DNA from: Oligoflexia bacterium | Lineage (GTDB): Bacteria > Bdellovibrionota > UBA1018 | Length of the DNA stretch: 64,000 bases | Reading direction: 5' to 3' | NCBI GenBank assembly: GCA_963758495.1 | Contig: CAVWVI010000001.1 | Span: forward strand, 64,001 to 128,000 | In this document: positions 19,881-30,275 of the stretch, in pieces | Position numbering within the stretch: the stretch's first letter is position 1 | Layout of the letters: each line of letters begins with the position of its first letter | The notes under the pieces: generated by a model | What the model was told of the DNA's origin: nothing | The model's input: only the letters and a program-made list of their open reading frames with translations | Database searches by the model: none | Program-made: the position numbers and the translations under genes

Positions 19881-20782
19881 TCTGAATAAAATTTGACCAA
19901 AACTTTGTCATTGTTTGAAAAAATCGCTTCTGACTTTGCGGATAGGGCACTTCCAATCGATGCTGTAATGATGCCGGCAATTGCTAACCATTGAATAAAA
20001 GACAAATGCTCCCCCAGAAACATAAGCCCTGATGCAGCAGCGAGGACCGGCTCTAAACTCATGAGAATGCCAAAGGTTTTCGCGGGAAGGTTTTTAAGTG
20101 CAATGATCTCCAAGGAATAGGGAAGAGCGCTCGCCAAGATGGCTACGCCGAAACCTAGGGGTAATATTTTAAAATCGAGTAATTGACCACCGCTCTGAAC
20201 CATAGCGACTGGAAGAACTACAAGGGTTGCCACCAACATTCCCCACGCTGCTACATTGTCTCCACGAACAGAAGCCCCTGCCTTCTTTCCAAATAAAATA
20301 TATAACGCCCAGCAACAACCTGCCCCCAAAGCTAAACAAACCCCCCAAGGGTCCAACATTGCGGATGCCTGAGAGAGAGGTAAAATCAAAGCAATTCCAC
20401 AGCTCGCTAAAATTGCCCAAAAGAAATCGAATGCTCGTCGAGAATAACATAATGCAACAGTCAAAGGCCCCGTAAATTCAAGAGCCACTGCGATCCCAAG
20501 AGGAATGCGCTCAAGCGCTAAATAAAACAATAGATTCATACATCCAAGTGAGGAACCATACAAAGCAATAGAGAGAAATTCGTTCCAAGTTAACTTTTCT
20601 CTCCAGGGTCGGCGAATTGCAAACAGCACTAAAGCCGCCAAACCTAAGCGCAACAGAGTTGCCCCAACAGCGCCAACAACGGGAAATAATTGCTTAGCTG
20701 CCGCGGCTCCCGTTTGAATTGAAACCATCGAAATCATTAAAATAAGGATTGAGAAAGGTATTTTCTGCACTTCGTACTCCAA
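19877..20782 (-). CDS. rhtA: EamA/DMT threonine-homoserine exporter, RhtA-like
   Basis: MVSIQTGAAAAKQLFP, RIPLGIAVALEFTGPL and FGILMSLEP. Confidence 0.85.
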   Translation of the reverse strand: MEYEVQKIPFSILILMISMVSIQTGAAAAKQLFPVVGAVGATLLRLGLAALVLFAIRRPWREKLTWNEFLSIALYGSSLGCMNLLFYLALERIPLGIAVALEFTGPLTVALCYSRRAFDFFWAILASCGIALILPLSQASAMLDPWGVCLALGAGCCWALYILFGKKAGASVRGDNVAAWGMLVATLVVLPVAMVQSGGQLLDFKILPLGFGVAILASALPYSLEIIALKNLPAKTFGILMSLEPVLAAASGLMFLGEHLSFIQWLAIAGIITASIGSALSAKSEAIFSNNDKVLVKFYSD

Positions 20783-20854
20783 GTTACTTTTGAAAAAGTC
20801 TTAGCACGTTTTGACGGTTGAAAGTTAAGAGTTAAGAGTATTAATGTGGTGCCA

Positions 20855-22212
20855 CTAGTGGGTCAGATGGCTCGGGGATGGCCATTGAAGCAGGCAACCC
20901 TTCGAGCGGCTTCTACTGATCGGCAATTTCGAAGTGGCACCAGAACCTGATAAAGCATGACGGCGTTCTCGGGATCGTTGTCTTCGGATTGCTCTTTTTC
21001 CGCCCCAAACAAATGGAGTAGGATTGTGGTTCCAGGCATGCGCCACTTGTTCAAAGTAATCGATCAAATCCTGAGGACTTTTTGGAATTGCTCCAGCTAA
21101 AGCACGGGCTTTCAGTATATTCTGAATTGATTCAGCCATATTCAGCCAGGACCCACTAATCGGCGTGTAGATGGGCATGACTCCATGGTAGACCCACCAG
21201 AGAACCATTTCCGGTGTTTTGTGGCCTGAGAGATTATCCAGAATCAGTAATATCCGAAGAGGCGGTAGTTTCTCAGGTAGAGTAAACTTGATTTGAAGTC
21301 CGTCTTGCCAGCGCTCCCAGATCGCATTGCGCTGGATTTGGGACATGTGTTGTTGCTTTTTTTGTTCAGGAGTAACAGGAGAGTGCTTAAGAATTGCCGT
21401 GAATTGCGTCTTCATCCAGGGATGCATTACTGCATTGGTGCAGCTTTCCACTCCCTTAATTCTTATTTTCCCATCTTGAGGATGAAACAAAGTCAACACC
21501 TTTGCCGTTCCACCTCGGATATATTCATGAGGAATTCTGGCTGGATGGGACTCCAATTGCCAGCTGCGGCCAGGTTGTGGGATCGCTTGAAAAGGGCCAG
21601 CCTCATCTTCACACCACAAATCTAAGCCCAACTTACTGGCTTCCGAGTACGCCGTCTCGATAATTTTTTTTTAGCAACTCGATCAATATCTTTAACTTCA
21701 ACAGGGCCGTCTTTGTGCATCCGCATTGTTTTACCAGTATCTACCCAAGTTCTATTATGCTGCCAAGAATATCCATTCTCGTGAAGAGTTTTCCAAATAA
21801 TGGAAGTACTCACAACTAATTGATCTCTTCTTTTGAGTGCCACTTGAAGAGTATTTAAGGACCAGGTCGCAGTCCCATCTTGCTCTCTATCTGGAGGAGT
21901 TTTAAATCGCTTCAAAATCTTTTCTTGTTCAGACGCTCCATACTGAATAGGATTCCCACCTCCATGGCGGAGATTGAGCGCCGTCATTCCCATTCGATTA
22001 AAGCGAAAGACCAGGTAAGAGACGGCGTCATTCGATCTCCTTCCTGCTGCTTGTGCAGCCTCGGAGTAAGAAAGTCCCGCCTCCACTGCCAAGAGTTCTT
22101 TAGCCCACGCAACTCGATAAGCGGGTTCTGCCGAAGAGTGGGTCAAATGCTCTAGAGCTTGATGTTCTTTTTGTGTTAGGGTTCGAAGTGCTTCTTTTCT
22201 AGCAGCAGCCAT
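20855..22212 (-). CDS. IS630 transposase, OrfA (HTH) + OrfB (DDE) joined by a -1 frameshift at an A9 run (21664-21672)
   Basis: CEDEAG, LILDNLSGHK and SWLNMAESI DDE motifs; the -1 frame reads KIIETAYSEASKLGLDLW. Confidence 0.88.
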
Positions 22213-22325
22213 GATTGAATTCCCTCCATGACTGACTAGGATTGCCTTTTCAGTGCCAATCCTTTCTGCTCGCTTTTAGAATCAGACAACAAAATTGGCC
22301 ATCCCCGAGCCATCTGACCCACTAG
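20855..22325 (-). mobile_element. IS630-family insertion sequence, apparently intact
   Basis: Perfect 30-bp terminal IRs including CTAG (20855-20884 and 22296-22325), TA duplication, two-ORF transposase. Confidence 0.92.
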
Positions 22326-22329
22326 AACT

Positions 22330-23991
22330 TTAAGGGGCACAGCCATTCAGTCGTCGAGTCTCTATCAAATCATTTATTACTTCAGTATTATCCGGTTCCA
22401 ATTGATGAGCCACTTCTAATTGGAGTATTGCTTGTTGACAACGATTCGCTTTCAGCAATAACCGACCTAAACCAGCCCTTGCTGCAAAAAGGTTTGGCGC
22501 ATTGCTTACGATATTCTGATAGTGATGAATTGCCTGATCCCGATCCCCCAATCTCTCCAGGCAATCTCCGACATTGAGTGCTGCCGAAATGTGAGAAGAA
22601 TTCATCTCCAGCGCCCGCCAAAAGTGAATCAAGGCTTCTTGCGGTTTGTTCTGATTTAAGAGCAATACTCCCTTATTATTTTCAGCCATATAGCTTTTCG
22701 GATTTATGCGCAGTATCTCGTCCAGCAAAGACTGATTTGTTCGCCAAACTGAGACCTGCTTTGAACTCAGAAAAAACCAGACGATGAGTATTCCTAAAAC
22801 CCCAAATGCTTTCTTTGAAAAAGGGTTCAAGGTAGCTGTAATCAGAATAGAAAGTCCCACAAGGGAGAAGTACCCATAACGATCCGCGACTGTTGAATAG
22901 TTTTGATAAGCAAAAGGAATCACGCCCGAAAGGGGGAAAATTGGAATTACAAAAAAAGACAAGGCAAGAACAAAGATAGAACGAAAGCCTTTGTTTATCT
23001 GAATTATCCCTGCTGTTGGCAAAAGGGCCACCAAAAAAATACCCTGTTCTACTGTCAGCCCTTGCCCGAGAATAAACTCTGGAGTTCGGCCATAATCTGG
23101 CGCCAGCGAAACTGGCAAGAGGATCTTTCTCAAATAGAATCCAAAACTATCCATCATCACAAGGAAGCGGTCGAAACCCCCGTATCCTATCGTTTGAGTA
23201 TATTCAGACTGAAGAAAGCGAGTGCCAATCATAATGAAAAACGTGCATAAGACCATTGGAATAAGAGGGACAAAACGGTGGTAGTCTCGGACTGAAGACC
23301 GATGTGGATCAAAGGGTGATCTTTGAGACGAGTAAAGATCCACCGCAACAAGAAGGACTGGCAGAATAAGCGCGGTAGGCTTGGACAAAACCGCTAACAA
23401 AAAAAATACATAAGTCAAAATCAGTCGAGAGCGATAGGATCTTAAAAACCTGAGACCCAAATCCTGGGTTTTGATCTCAGGCTCTAAATAAGAGAGGATC
23501 GAAAGCAGAGCAAAAGTAACCCAAATTAACTCCTTGAACCCCGACACCCAGGCCACGCTTTCCACTTGAAGAGGGTGAAAAGCAAATGCCATTGTCCCCA
23601 AGGCAATTGAAAGATAGTTCGGAGAATGGATAGAATCTGACTGGGTCAATCTCTTTATAAGTTTTGCGACAAGCCCGACATTGACGACATGTACAAGTAA
23701 GTTCAAACAAAGAAAAGGAGAGGCGATAAACTGCACAGCCCACTGTGGATAGAGAAGCTTTTGAACCAATCCTACCCATAAAGCCCATAGTGTATAAACG
23801 ACAGGAATGTATAACCCATAGTACGGATGAGCCCAAATCTGATACAAGCTATTGGGCTGAACTGGATTCATCACTGGATTCATGGATAGGTGTGTGACGT
23901 CATCCCAAACCAAGAGTTCTGAAGCTCCTCGTGGAAAAAACACAATCACAGTGAGAACAAATACGAGGAAAATAGGCCATTTTTTATTCAC
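22330..23991 (-). CDS. TMTC-like GT-C membrane glycosyltransferase with C-terminal TPRs
   Basis: WDD, FHPLQVESVAWVSG, LLAVLSKP and VADRYGY motifs; TPRs after VWRTN. Confidence 0.85.
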   Translation of the reverse strand: MNKKWPIFLVFVLTVIVFFPRGASELLVWDDVTHLSMNPVMNPVQPNSLYQIWAHPYYGLYIPVVYTLWALWVGLVQKLLYPQWAVQFIASPFLCLNLLVHVVNVGLVAKLIKRLTQSDSIHSPNYLSIALGTMAFAFHPLQVESVAWVSGFKELIWVTFALLSILSYLEPEIKTQDLGLRFLRSYRSRLILTYVFFLLAVLSKPTALILPVLLVAVDLYSSQRSPFDPHRSSVRDYHRFVPLIPMVLCTFFIMIGTRFLQSEYTQTIGYGGFDRFLVMMDSFGFYLRKILLPVSLAPDYGRTPEFILGQGLTVEQGIFLVALLPTAGIIQINKGFRSIFVLALSFFVIPIFPLSGVIPFAYQNYSTVADRYGYFSLVGLSILITATLNPFSKKAFGVLGILIVWFFLSSKQVSVWRTNQSLLDEILRINPKSYMAENNKGVLLLNQNKPQEALIHFWRALEMNSSHISAALNVGDCLERLGDRDQAIHHYQNIVSNAPNLFAARAGLGRLLLKANRCQQAILQLEVAHQLEPDNTEVINDLIETRRLNGCAP

Positions 23992-24588
23992 TTTTTAAAG
24001 ATTACTCGAATCCAGTAAAAAGGCAGAATAAAAATGTGAATCAACTTCCCATAAAGGACGCATGATTTCCCTTATCCTGTCGATTAGAGCTCTCAAAAAT
24101 AATCAAAAATATTGAATTGCTAAATACTAGCCAGGGGCTGCTGTTGCGAGGTATTTTTATTCGCGATAACTCCTCTTATCGTGAATAAGAAGGGGACTAG
24201 AGTAGCGATTTTAAGGTATTAGCATGACTATTTTAGTCTGGTATTTTTATAGAACTGGGAAATATAGCTTTTTAGCTAGAACGATGGGGATTACTTCGCC
24301 GATGAGTAAAAGCGCGATCGTGGGATGGTACCCCTGAAATTACTACGGTCCTTAAACAGCTGGGACTTCAAAAAGCACTCAAATTGAAGCTTACCGCCAA
24401 AACCTAAGAACAGAAAAGTCTCCCTCAAAAACTAGGAAAACCTCTCCTAGGTCCTGTACTGGCCCATCTCAAGCCATCTTATTGGATTTTAGGTGGCGAA
24501 GTCGGGCTAAAGCACTCTTTACACGATGCGTTAAATCTAGTAAAAGCTTCTGCAGTGGCTGATTGCTCCGGAGATATTGAGATCTATT

Positions 24589-26181
24589 ATGAAATTTCGA
24601 TTTTTGAAAAAGAGTCTCGTTCCGATACTCCTAGTGACACAGGTGTCAAATCTAGCATTCGCTGAATGTGATGCTGAAAGAAAAGTCGTTGCTGACCTCA
24701 AAGGTACTCAAAACATCTTAGATGACGCGAGTGGGATTGTCGCAGCCGCTGGCATGGTCGCCGGCACCATTCTTTTTCCCCCGTTTGGCGGACTTTTAGG
24801 TGGATTGGGATTACCCTCAGCAGGAGAATCTCAAAATCCACCTATAATACCAAGCCAAAGACAGGAAAACGCGCCTAGTTTACATTTGCCCCCACTTCCT
24901 CCGGGTTGGCAATATGACCCGAAGTACAATCCGCCGCCCCCTCCGCCTGGCCTATCCCTCTCAATGACCGAAGCTCAGGCTCGCGGAGTCGTAAACGCAG
25001 CCAATGGTATCATTCCAATGATTGGAAACCATGCCCCGAGCCCAGCTGAGATTGAATATCAGCAAGTAAACAATGCAATTGTAAAACAGAGGCAAGACAG
25101 AGCCGAACTTGAAGAAAAAACTCGACAAATGATGGAAGAGGCAAAGAAAGCCCCGGTCGATACACTTCCTCCAACAGAAGAATTTGTCAGGAAAACTTTG
25201 GCCGAAATGGCTGCCGAGCAGAGAGTTCGACTTTCGATTAACCCAGACACCATCCCCGACCCTGAGGAATCTCAGTTACCCTACCCCTTGCAGGCACCCG
25301 AAGGACAGTTCAGAAATGAACTCATGAGAACCTACAAGGACTTGCACAAGATAGACCCCAAGGGACGCAAGCAACAGCGTTCAAAGGAGATGGGGCTTCT
25401 AAGTGTGCGTGAAGCTGACCAATCCTTTATTGAGGGTGACCATGAGCAAGCCCAGTTTTGGAAATCTCTCGCAAAGGAAGCTCTAGAACTTGCTATTGGA
25501 CTGAATCCCACTACAGGCTTCGTTCAGAGCATGTACGAGCTGGTTGTGGGGAAAAGTATTGTCACCAGTGACGATTTGAGTACAACTCAGCGCGCTTTCG
25601 CTTTTCTAGGTGTGGTGAGCTTGGGAGGAGTCAAGTCCATTACTGTCACGGGCTCCATCATGAACAAAGTCTACCGAGGAGCTGCTGGGCTGTTGAGGGA
25701 CAGGGCGGCGATGGAAGTTGCAGTTCGAGAAGCAGAACTGCTAGTGCAGAAGGCCGGGAACCTGATTGAAGGTTGGCAAAAGGGGCATAAGATCGTTAAC
25801 ATTCATACGGCTGAGCACATCAATCAGTCTGTCTTTCCTTTTTGGCAAAAGACACCACCATTTCAGTTGGGATCGAATGTTGTTGAAGGGCAACTAATAA
25901 AATCACAAAACAGTTGGGTCCGATTACATCATGCAGATAATCAAGTCGGTGGTTTTGTAATGAGGAAAAGCTCAATTGAGGGATTGAACGTAGCAGAAAT
26001 AAGATCTAAATATGCAATCCCTAACAGTGTTGAACTTATGTCTGAATTTCATCCGCCAGTTGGTGCTGTATTTTACAGAGGAAATATTCAGGATCATGGT
26101 GCTGGATTAGAGGGTGCAATTCAATATTTTTTTAAAGACCCACAGCCGGAATGGTTTTTAAATACTAGGAGTTTTAAGTGA
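24589..26181 (+). CDS. Secreted polymorphic toxin: signal peptide, Pro-rich linker, pre-toxin TG domain, C-terminal Ntox10/ADP-ribosyltransferase-like tip
   Basis: PT-TG-like IGLNPTTGFVQSMYELVVGKSIVTSDDLS; tip VRLHHADNQVGGFVMRKSSIEGLNVAEIRSKYAIP…PVGAVFYRG…GAIQYF. Confidence 0.7.
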   Translation: MKFRFLKKSLVPILLVTQVSNLAFAECDAERKVVADLKGTQNILDDASGIVAAAGMVAGTILFPPFGGLLGGLGLPSAGESQNPPIIPSQRQENAPSLHLPPLPPGWQYDPKYNPPPPPPGLSLSMTEAQARGVVNAANGIIPMIGNHAPSPAEIEYQQVNNAIVKQRQDRAELEEKTRQMMEEAKKAPVDTLPPTEEFVRKTLAEMAAEQRVRLSINPDTIPDPEESQLPYPLQAPEGQFRNELMRTYKDLHKIDPKGRKQQRSKEMGLLSVREADQSFIEGDHEQAQFWKSLAKEALELAIGLNPTTGFVQSMYELVVGKSIVTSDDLSTTQRAFAFLGVVSLGGVKSITVTGSIMNKVYRGAAGLLRDRAAMEVAVREAELLVQKAGNLIEGWQKGHKIVNIHTAEHINQSVFPFWQKTPPFQLGSNVVEGQLIKSQNSWVRLHHADNQVGGFVMRKSSIEGLNVAEIRSKYAIPNSVELMSEFHPPVGAVFYRGNIQDHGAGLEGAIQYFFKDPQPEWFLNTRSFK

Positions 26182-26465
26182 TCATTTTGAAACCGAAATA
26201 TACTAGTTTTTTGAGAGTAATTGACTGTGGAGATGGCTATATTTGTTTGGAGAAAACTGGGACTAACTTCCCAACAGGGACTTCAAACCTATATAAACTA
26301 GATAAGCCTGGGAACTTGGTGTGGAGCGCAGAATTTGTCAATGAATGGATGCTGTATACGAATGTAGTCATAAGAGATAGAAAACTCTTTGCCTTGAATA
26401 CAGCAGGCGAGGCAGATTTAGATCCCACAACGGGAGAGCTAAGCAATTGGGTATTCACTAAGTGA
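26178..26465 (+). CDS. Putative immunity protein
   Basis: 4-bp overlap with the toxin stop; beta-rich NLYKLDKPGNLVWSAE…LDPTTGEL. Confidence 0.65.
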   Translation: MIILKPKYTSFLRVIDCGDGYICLEKTGTNFPTGTSNLYKLDKPGNLVWSAEFVNEWMLYTNVVIRDRKLFALNTAGEADLDPTTGELSNWVFTK

Positions 26466-26516
26466 GACCCATTGGGTCTTCACTCTTATTTGTTATTAGT
26501 TGAAAGGTAATTATAG

Positions 26517-27026
26517 ATGTTAAAAAGAGGATTATTTTCAGTTGCAATTTTAATGGCTTCTTTGAATGCTTCAGCGGCCTTTGAGCCAAGTGTCTTGGGA
26601 TTTTCATTTGGAGCCTCCGCGATTGGATCAGACCCAGGAATTAAATTTGAACTTTCATCTCCCTATTTTATTCGAGGTAGAACCGCACTTAATCTTGAAT
26701 ATGCTGGGTACGCCAGTTCATTGGAAGGGGGAGGCTTATATACTGCTTTTTACGTTGGTACGAAATCTAAAATCTATTCAAATGATTTATTAGCTTTTAA
26801 CCTTAAGACTAATATCATAGTAGTCCCAGCCAGTGATTTATCTTCTAAGAGTCCCTTCGGCCTCAATTACGCAATCACCAGTTATTTCAAGTTACCGGAT
26901 TCCGGCATTCAGCTACAGGGAGAAATTGGCTATAATGTGCTGTTTGGAGGAAGAGCTGATAACAGAAATGACCAATTGTTTGGCAGTGGGACTACTGTAT
27001 CAATCGGCGTTGCCTACCCATTTTGA
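26517..27026 (+). CDS. Small outer-membrane beta-barrel protein
   Basis: Signal peptide, amphipathic strands, C-terminal GVAYPF. Confidence 0.65.
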   Translation: MLKRGLFSVAILMASLNASAAFEPSVLGFSFGASAIGSDPGIKFELSSPYFIRGRTALNLEYAGYASSLEGGGLYTAFYVGTKSKIYSNDLLAFNLKTNIIVVPASDLSSKSPFGLNYAITSYFKLPDSGIQLQGEIGYNVLFGGRADNRNDQLFGSGTTVSIGVAYPF

Positions 27027-27071
27027 AACAAAGTTTTTTGTCATGTGGTAGTTATTTCTGGGAGGGGGACA

Positions 27072-27986
27072 ATGCACTTTTCTTGGCCTTTTTGGGTTGG
27101 GTTTCATATTTTTGTCTTTGGAGTATTGATTTTTGATTTAGGTATCATGAACCGGAAGCCTCGCGAGATTCGGTTCAAAGAGGCTATGGCATGGAGTGCT
27201 ATTTGGATTAGCCTTTCTCTTTTATTTAATGTGTGGCTGTACTTTTGGTTTGGAAAAAAGATGGCCCTAGAGTTTTTAAGCGGCTATCTGATTGAGAAGT
27301 CGCTCAGCGTGGATAATATCTTTGTTTTTTTAACTCTATTTTCATTCTTCCGCATCCCCTTACAATACCAACACAAAGTGCTCTTTTGGGGAGTTTTAGG
27401 GGCGCTACTGATGAGAGCCGCTCTTATTTTTGCCGGTATTGAGCTCATCGAACATTTTCATGGAGTGATTTACATCTTTGGAAGTTTTCTAGTTTTGGTG
27501 GGCATTAAGATGGCATTTTACAAAGAAGAGTCGCCCAATTTTGAAAATAATTCTGTCGTAAAACTCGTTCGAAAAATTTTTCCAATTTCAGATCAATTAC
27601 ATGGCGGTCGATTTATCTACCGTAAAGGGAAGAAGAAGTCAGTCACGCGTTTGTTCTTAGTCTTAGTTCTGATCGAACTGGCTGATTTGGTTTTTGCTAT
27701 TGATTCAATTCCGGCAGTGTTGTCGGTTACAACAACTCCATTTATTGTTTATACGTCAAATATTTTTGCAATTTTAGGACTCCGTTCTCTTTATTTTGCT
27801 CTGGCCGAGTTTATGAGAGTTTTTTTCTATCTTCACTATGGAATTGCTGCGATTCTAATCTTTATTGGAAGTAAGATGATGCTAAGTGACTTTTACACGC
27901 TGCCCATTGGGGTAGTTCTGTTGGTCATTTTTTTGATTCTTCTTATCTCAATCCTTGCATCCGTAGCATGGAATCAATCGGATTAA
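27072..27986 (+). CDS. TerC/Alx family membrane protein
   Basis: YLIEKSLSVDNIFVF, DLVFAIDSIPAV and TSNIFAILGLRSLYF. Confidence 0.92.
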   Translation: MHFSWPFWVGFHIFVFGVLIFDLGIMNRKPREIRFKEAMAWSAIWISLSLLFNVWLYFWFGKKMALEFLSGYLIEKSLSVDNIFVFLTLFSFFRIPLQYQHKVLFWGVLGALLMRAALIFAGIELIEHFHGVIYIFGSFLVLVGIKMAFYKEESPNFENNSVVKLVRKIFPISDQLHGGRFIYRKGKKKSVTRLFLVLVLIELADLVFAIDSIPAVLSVTTTPFIVYTSNIFAILGLRSLYFALAEFMRVFFYLHYGIAAILIFIGSKMMLSDFYTLPIGVVLLVIFLILLISILASVAWNQSD

Positions 27987-28164
27987 TTGAATCTATAGGG
28001 ACACACCCATGACTAAAAGTTAGTCTAATAGATAATAAATAAACAAAAGTGTAAGTCGAGTGCAGTGTTTCAATAGAGCCATTTCATGACCTTGAGATTC
28101 ACAACTTATTGAGAGTAAAGGTTTTAGACTTTTCTCATCCAATTGAGTGAGGAAGGGAGCTCTC

Positions 28165-28181
28165 TTGGAGCGGTACTTGCA
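28165..28181 (+). promoter_or_regulatory. Possible sigma-54 promoter
   Basis: TTGGAGCGGTACTTGCA with GG-N10-GC spacing, ~27 bp before ATG 28208. Confidence 0.4.
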
Positions 28182-28207
28182 ATCCCAAAGTAATATTGGG
28201 AGAATCT

Positions 28208-29110
28208 ATGAGCAAACTCAAGCTAGGAATTACAGTAGTTACTTTTTGTTTTGTAAATTTATATACATATTTAATTTATGCAAACTCAGATAAACTGAAT
28301 GATCAATTATTATTAGATAATAAATTTGATATTCATGAAATAATGCAGGGGTCTAATGCTGATGGCGACTGCATCAGTAGTTCATCGCTGCTCAATTCAA
28401 ACGTTTTAGATACGATAGAACACTCTCTTGCGATATCTAATGAACATCCAGTTGTTAAAGCAAAAAATAAAAACGTGAAATTTAGTGACAAAGTAAAGGT
28501 CAGATTAATGCAAGAAGCAAGTAGCGATGTTACTGAATTCGAAAGACCTCTAGGAATTATTTCAGAAGACCAAGATACAAGACCCGTAAATTTTACCAAA
28601 GAGCAGAAAAAAGCTCTTGAAGTGAGACTGATGGAGTTAGAACGAAAGGATATGGAAATTGATTATAGTGAAACTATACAGCAAGTATTAAAAGATTTTA
28701 AAAAAGTAGATATGGACCTTGAAACTTTACAAGGTAAAATAGCTGATAGACACAAATCAAGAATTTTTTCATTGGAATTTCAAAAAAAAATTGAAGGAAT
28801 TCGACTGGATATTGCTGCTCAGTCAAAAATACTTCTGAGAAATGAGAATCAATTAGGTAAAATAGAGGAAGCGATGAAAAATGCGCTCGAAGCAGTTTCT
28901 GCTTTGACCGAAAAAGAAGCAAAAAAATTTGAAGCGGTGTTAAAACCAATCATTAAAGAATACATAGATAAGACCGATACTATAAAGAGTTCTATAAACT
29001 CTATTATAGATAGTATAATTAATTTAGAAATATTAGAAAGTAAGCTTATGGCTAGTGAAGAAAATGCGTATTCATCTTTGGTGAATATTTTAAAAAATGG
29101 AAGTAATTGA
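28208..29110 (+). CDS. AT-rich secreted coiled-coil protein with an RVxF-like motif
   Basis: N-terminal hydrophobic segment, KNVKFSDKVKVR, long heptad-rich C-terminal half. Confidence 0.6.
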   Translation: MSKLKLGITVVTFCFVNLYTYLIYANSDKLNDQLLLDNKFDIHEIMQGSNADGDCISSSSLLNSNVLDTIEHSLAISNEHPVVKAKNKNVKFSDKVKVRLMQEASSDVTEFERPLGIISEDQDTRPVNFTKEQKKALEVRLMELERKDMEIDYSETIQQVLKDFKKVDMDLETLQGKIADRHKSRIFSLEFQKKIEGIRLDIAAQSKILLRNENQLGKIEEAMKNALEAVSALTEKEAKKFEAVLKPIIKEYIDKTDTIKSSINSIIDSIINLEILESKLMASEENAYSSLVNILKNGSN

Positions 29111-29187
29111 AGCGGTTGATTTGCGTAGTAAGTAGTTCCTGACAGTGCTTACTTTGCGTAATGATGCTTTCCTTATTTCTTTAGCGA

Positions 29188-30177
29188 TTAATTATAAGTT
29201 TTTGTAGCGACTCTTGTTCCAAGCTTTATGAGGGTTTCTCGCCCTTCAGCGGTTTGCTGTAATAAGTCTAAATCAGGCTTCCAAAGCCCAGGTTGACCTA
29301 AGACGATGACGGTAGATCCTCCAAAGAGAAAGTAACCCTTTTCGTCTCCTCGTAAAAACAGTGCAGCCGTATCGTGAGTTTGTATAATCTTTCCAACACA
29401 CAAAGCGCCTACTTCAATATAGGCAAGTTTTCCAAAATTTGTAGTCTCTAAAATAGTAACTCTGCGTTCATTTTCTAAATAAATATTTTTTTCTTCTCGG
29501 ATTGCTAAAGGGCTTACAGAGTGAAGTTTTCCATGAATGGCGTAAGTTTCGAGGATTTTCCCTTCGTCTGGAAAATGAAATCTATGGTAATCTACCGGAC
29601 TGAGTCGAGCTAAAAGGAGGGGGCCATTCAGAAAAGGTCTTGCTTTTTCGTCATTTCCTAACAGTGCGCCCACGGGAAGTGTACGGTCTTTAACTGGAAA
29701 AGCTTGGTCCTCTTTGATGCTCTCATAGGCAAAATACCTTCCTTCTACGAACGCAGGAAGTTCCAAGGGGATTTTCGTGAACTCCCGAACATGAGGTTTG
29801 AACTTTCGTGTAAAGAATTCATTGAAGTTAGAAAAACCACTATTTTCAAATTGCTCCATGGGGATATTAAATTTTTGAATAAATGGCTCTATTGAGCTCT
29901 TGCTCCAGCGAGAAGACTGATAAGCTCCACAAAACTGACTAGGAAGAGTTCTAGAAAATAAGAACTGATCCAGAAACCTCCCCGCCCTTGATCCATAGGT
30001 CCACTGTAGAAACTGACTTCCATAGACTTGTTCAATCTCTTCACGTGCCTCACTTCGATTCCAATATCGAATTTCATAGTGAGTGTCAGTATTTGCGGAG
30101 AGTTCTTTTGAAATAGTCAAGTTTATAAGAATGATGAAAAGAAAATTAAATACTGACAGTCTTCGTAAGTATGCCAC
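29188..30177 (-). CDS. psd: Phosphatidylserine decarboxylase proenzyme (GGST type)
   Basis: FNEFFTRK, RLSPVDYHRFHFP and KGYFLFGGSTVI cleavage motif. Confidence 0.9.
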   Translation of the reverse strand: MAYLRRLSVFNFLFIILINLTISKELSANTDTHYEIRYWNRSEAREEIEQVYGSQFLQWTYGSRAGRFLDQFLFSRTLPSQFCGAYQSSRWSKSSIEPFIQKFNIPMEQFENSGFSNFNEFFTRKFKPHVREFTKIPLELPAFVEGRYFAYESIKEDQAFPVKDRTLPVGALLGNDEKARPFLNGPLLLARLSPVDYHRFHFPDEGKILETYAIHGKLHSVSPLAIREEKNIYLENERRVTILETTNFGKLAYIEVGALCVGKIIQTHDTAALFLRGDEKGYFLFGGSTVIVLGQPGLWKPDLDLLQQTAEGRETLIKLGTRVATKTYN

Positions 30178-30275
30178 ACCTGATCTCCCGGACTCTTATT
30201 GAGCGAATGTTCAGGTGCCTGTATCAGGTGTAGTGATGATTTGTCAAATCTATCCAGTTTATCAAAAATATCAAA

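Noticed and set aside
21664..21672. Transposase frameshift as evidence of a dead IS
   Set aside because: A-run -1 frameshifting between OrfA and OrfB is normal for IS630, and the IRs are perfect
22241..22260. Sigma-54-like TGGCAC-N-GC motif upstream of the IS630 transposase
   Set aside because: The -12 element is AGGC rather than TTGC; too weak to call
24000..24576. Long intergenic region possibly containing a decayed gene or ncRNA
   Set aside because: Only short broken reading frames; no recognisable motif or convincing structure
27027..27071. yybP-ykoY (Mn) riboswitch expected upstream of terC/alx
   Set aside because: Only ~45 bp of intergenic space and no matching structure seen
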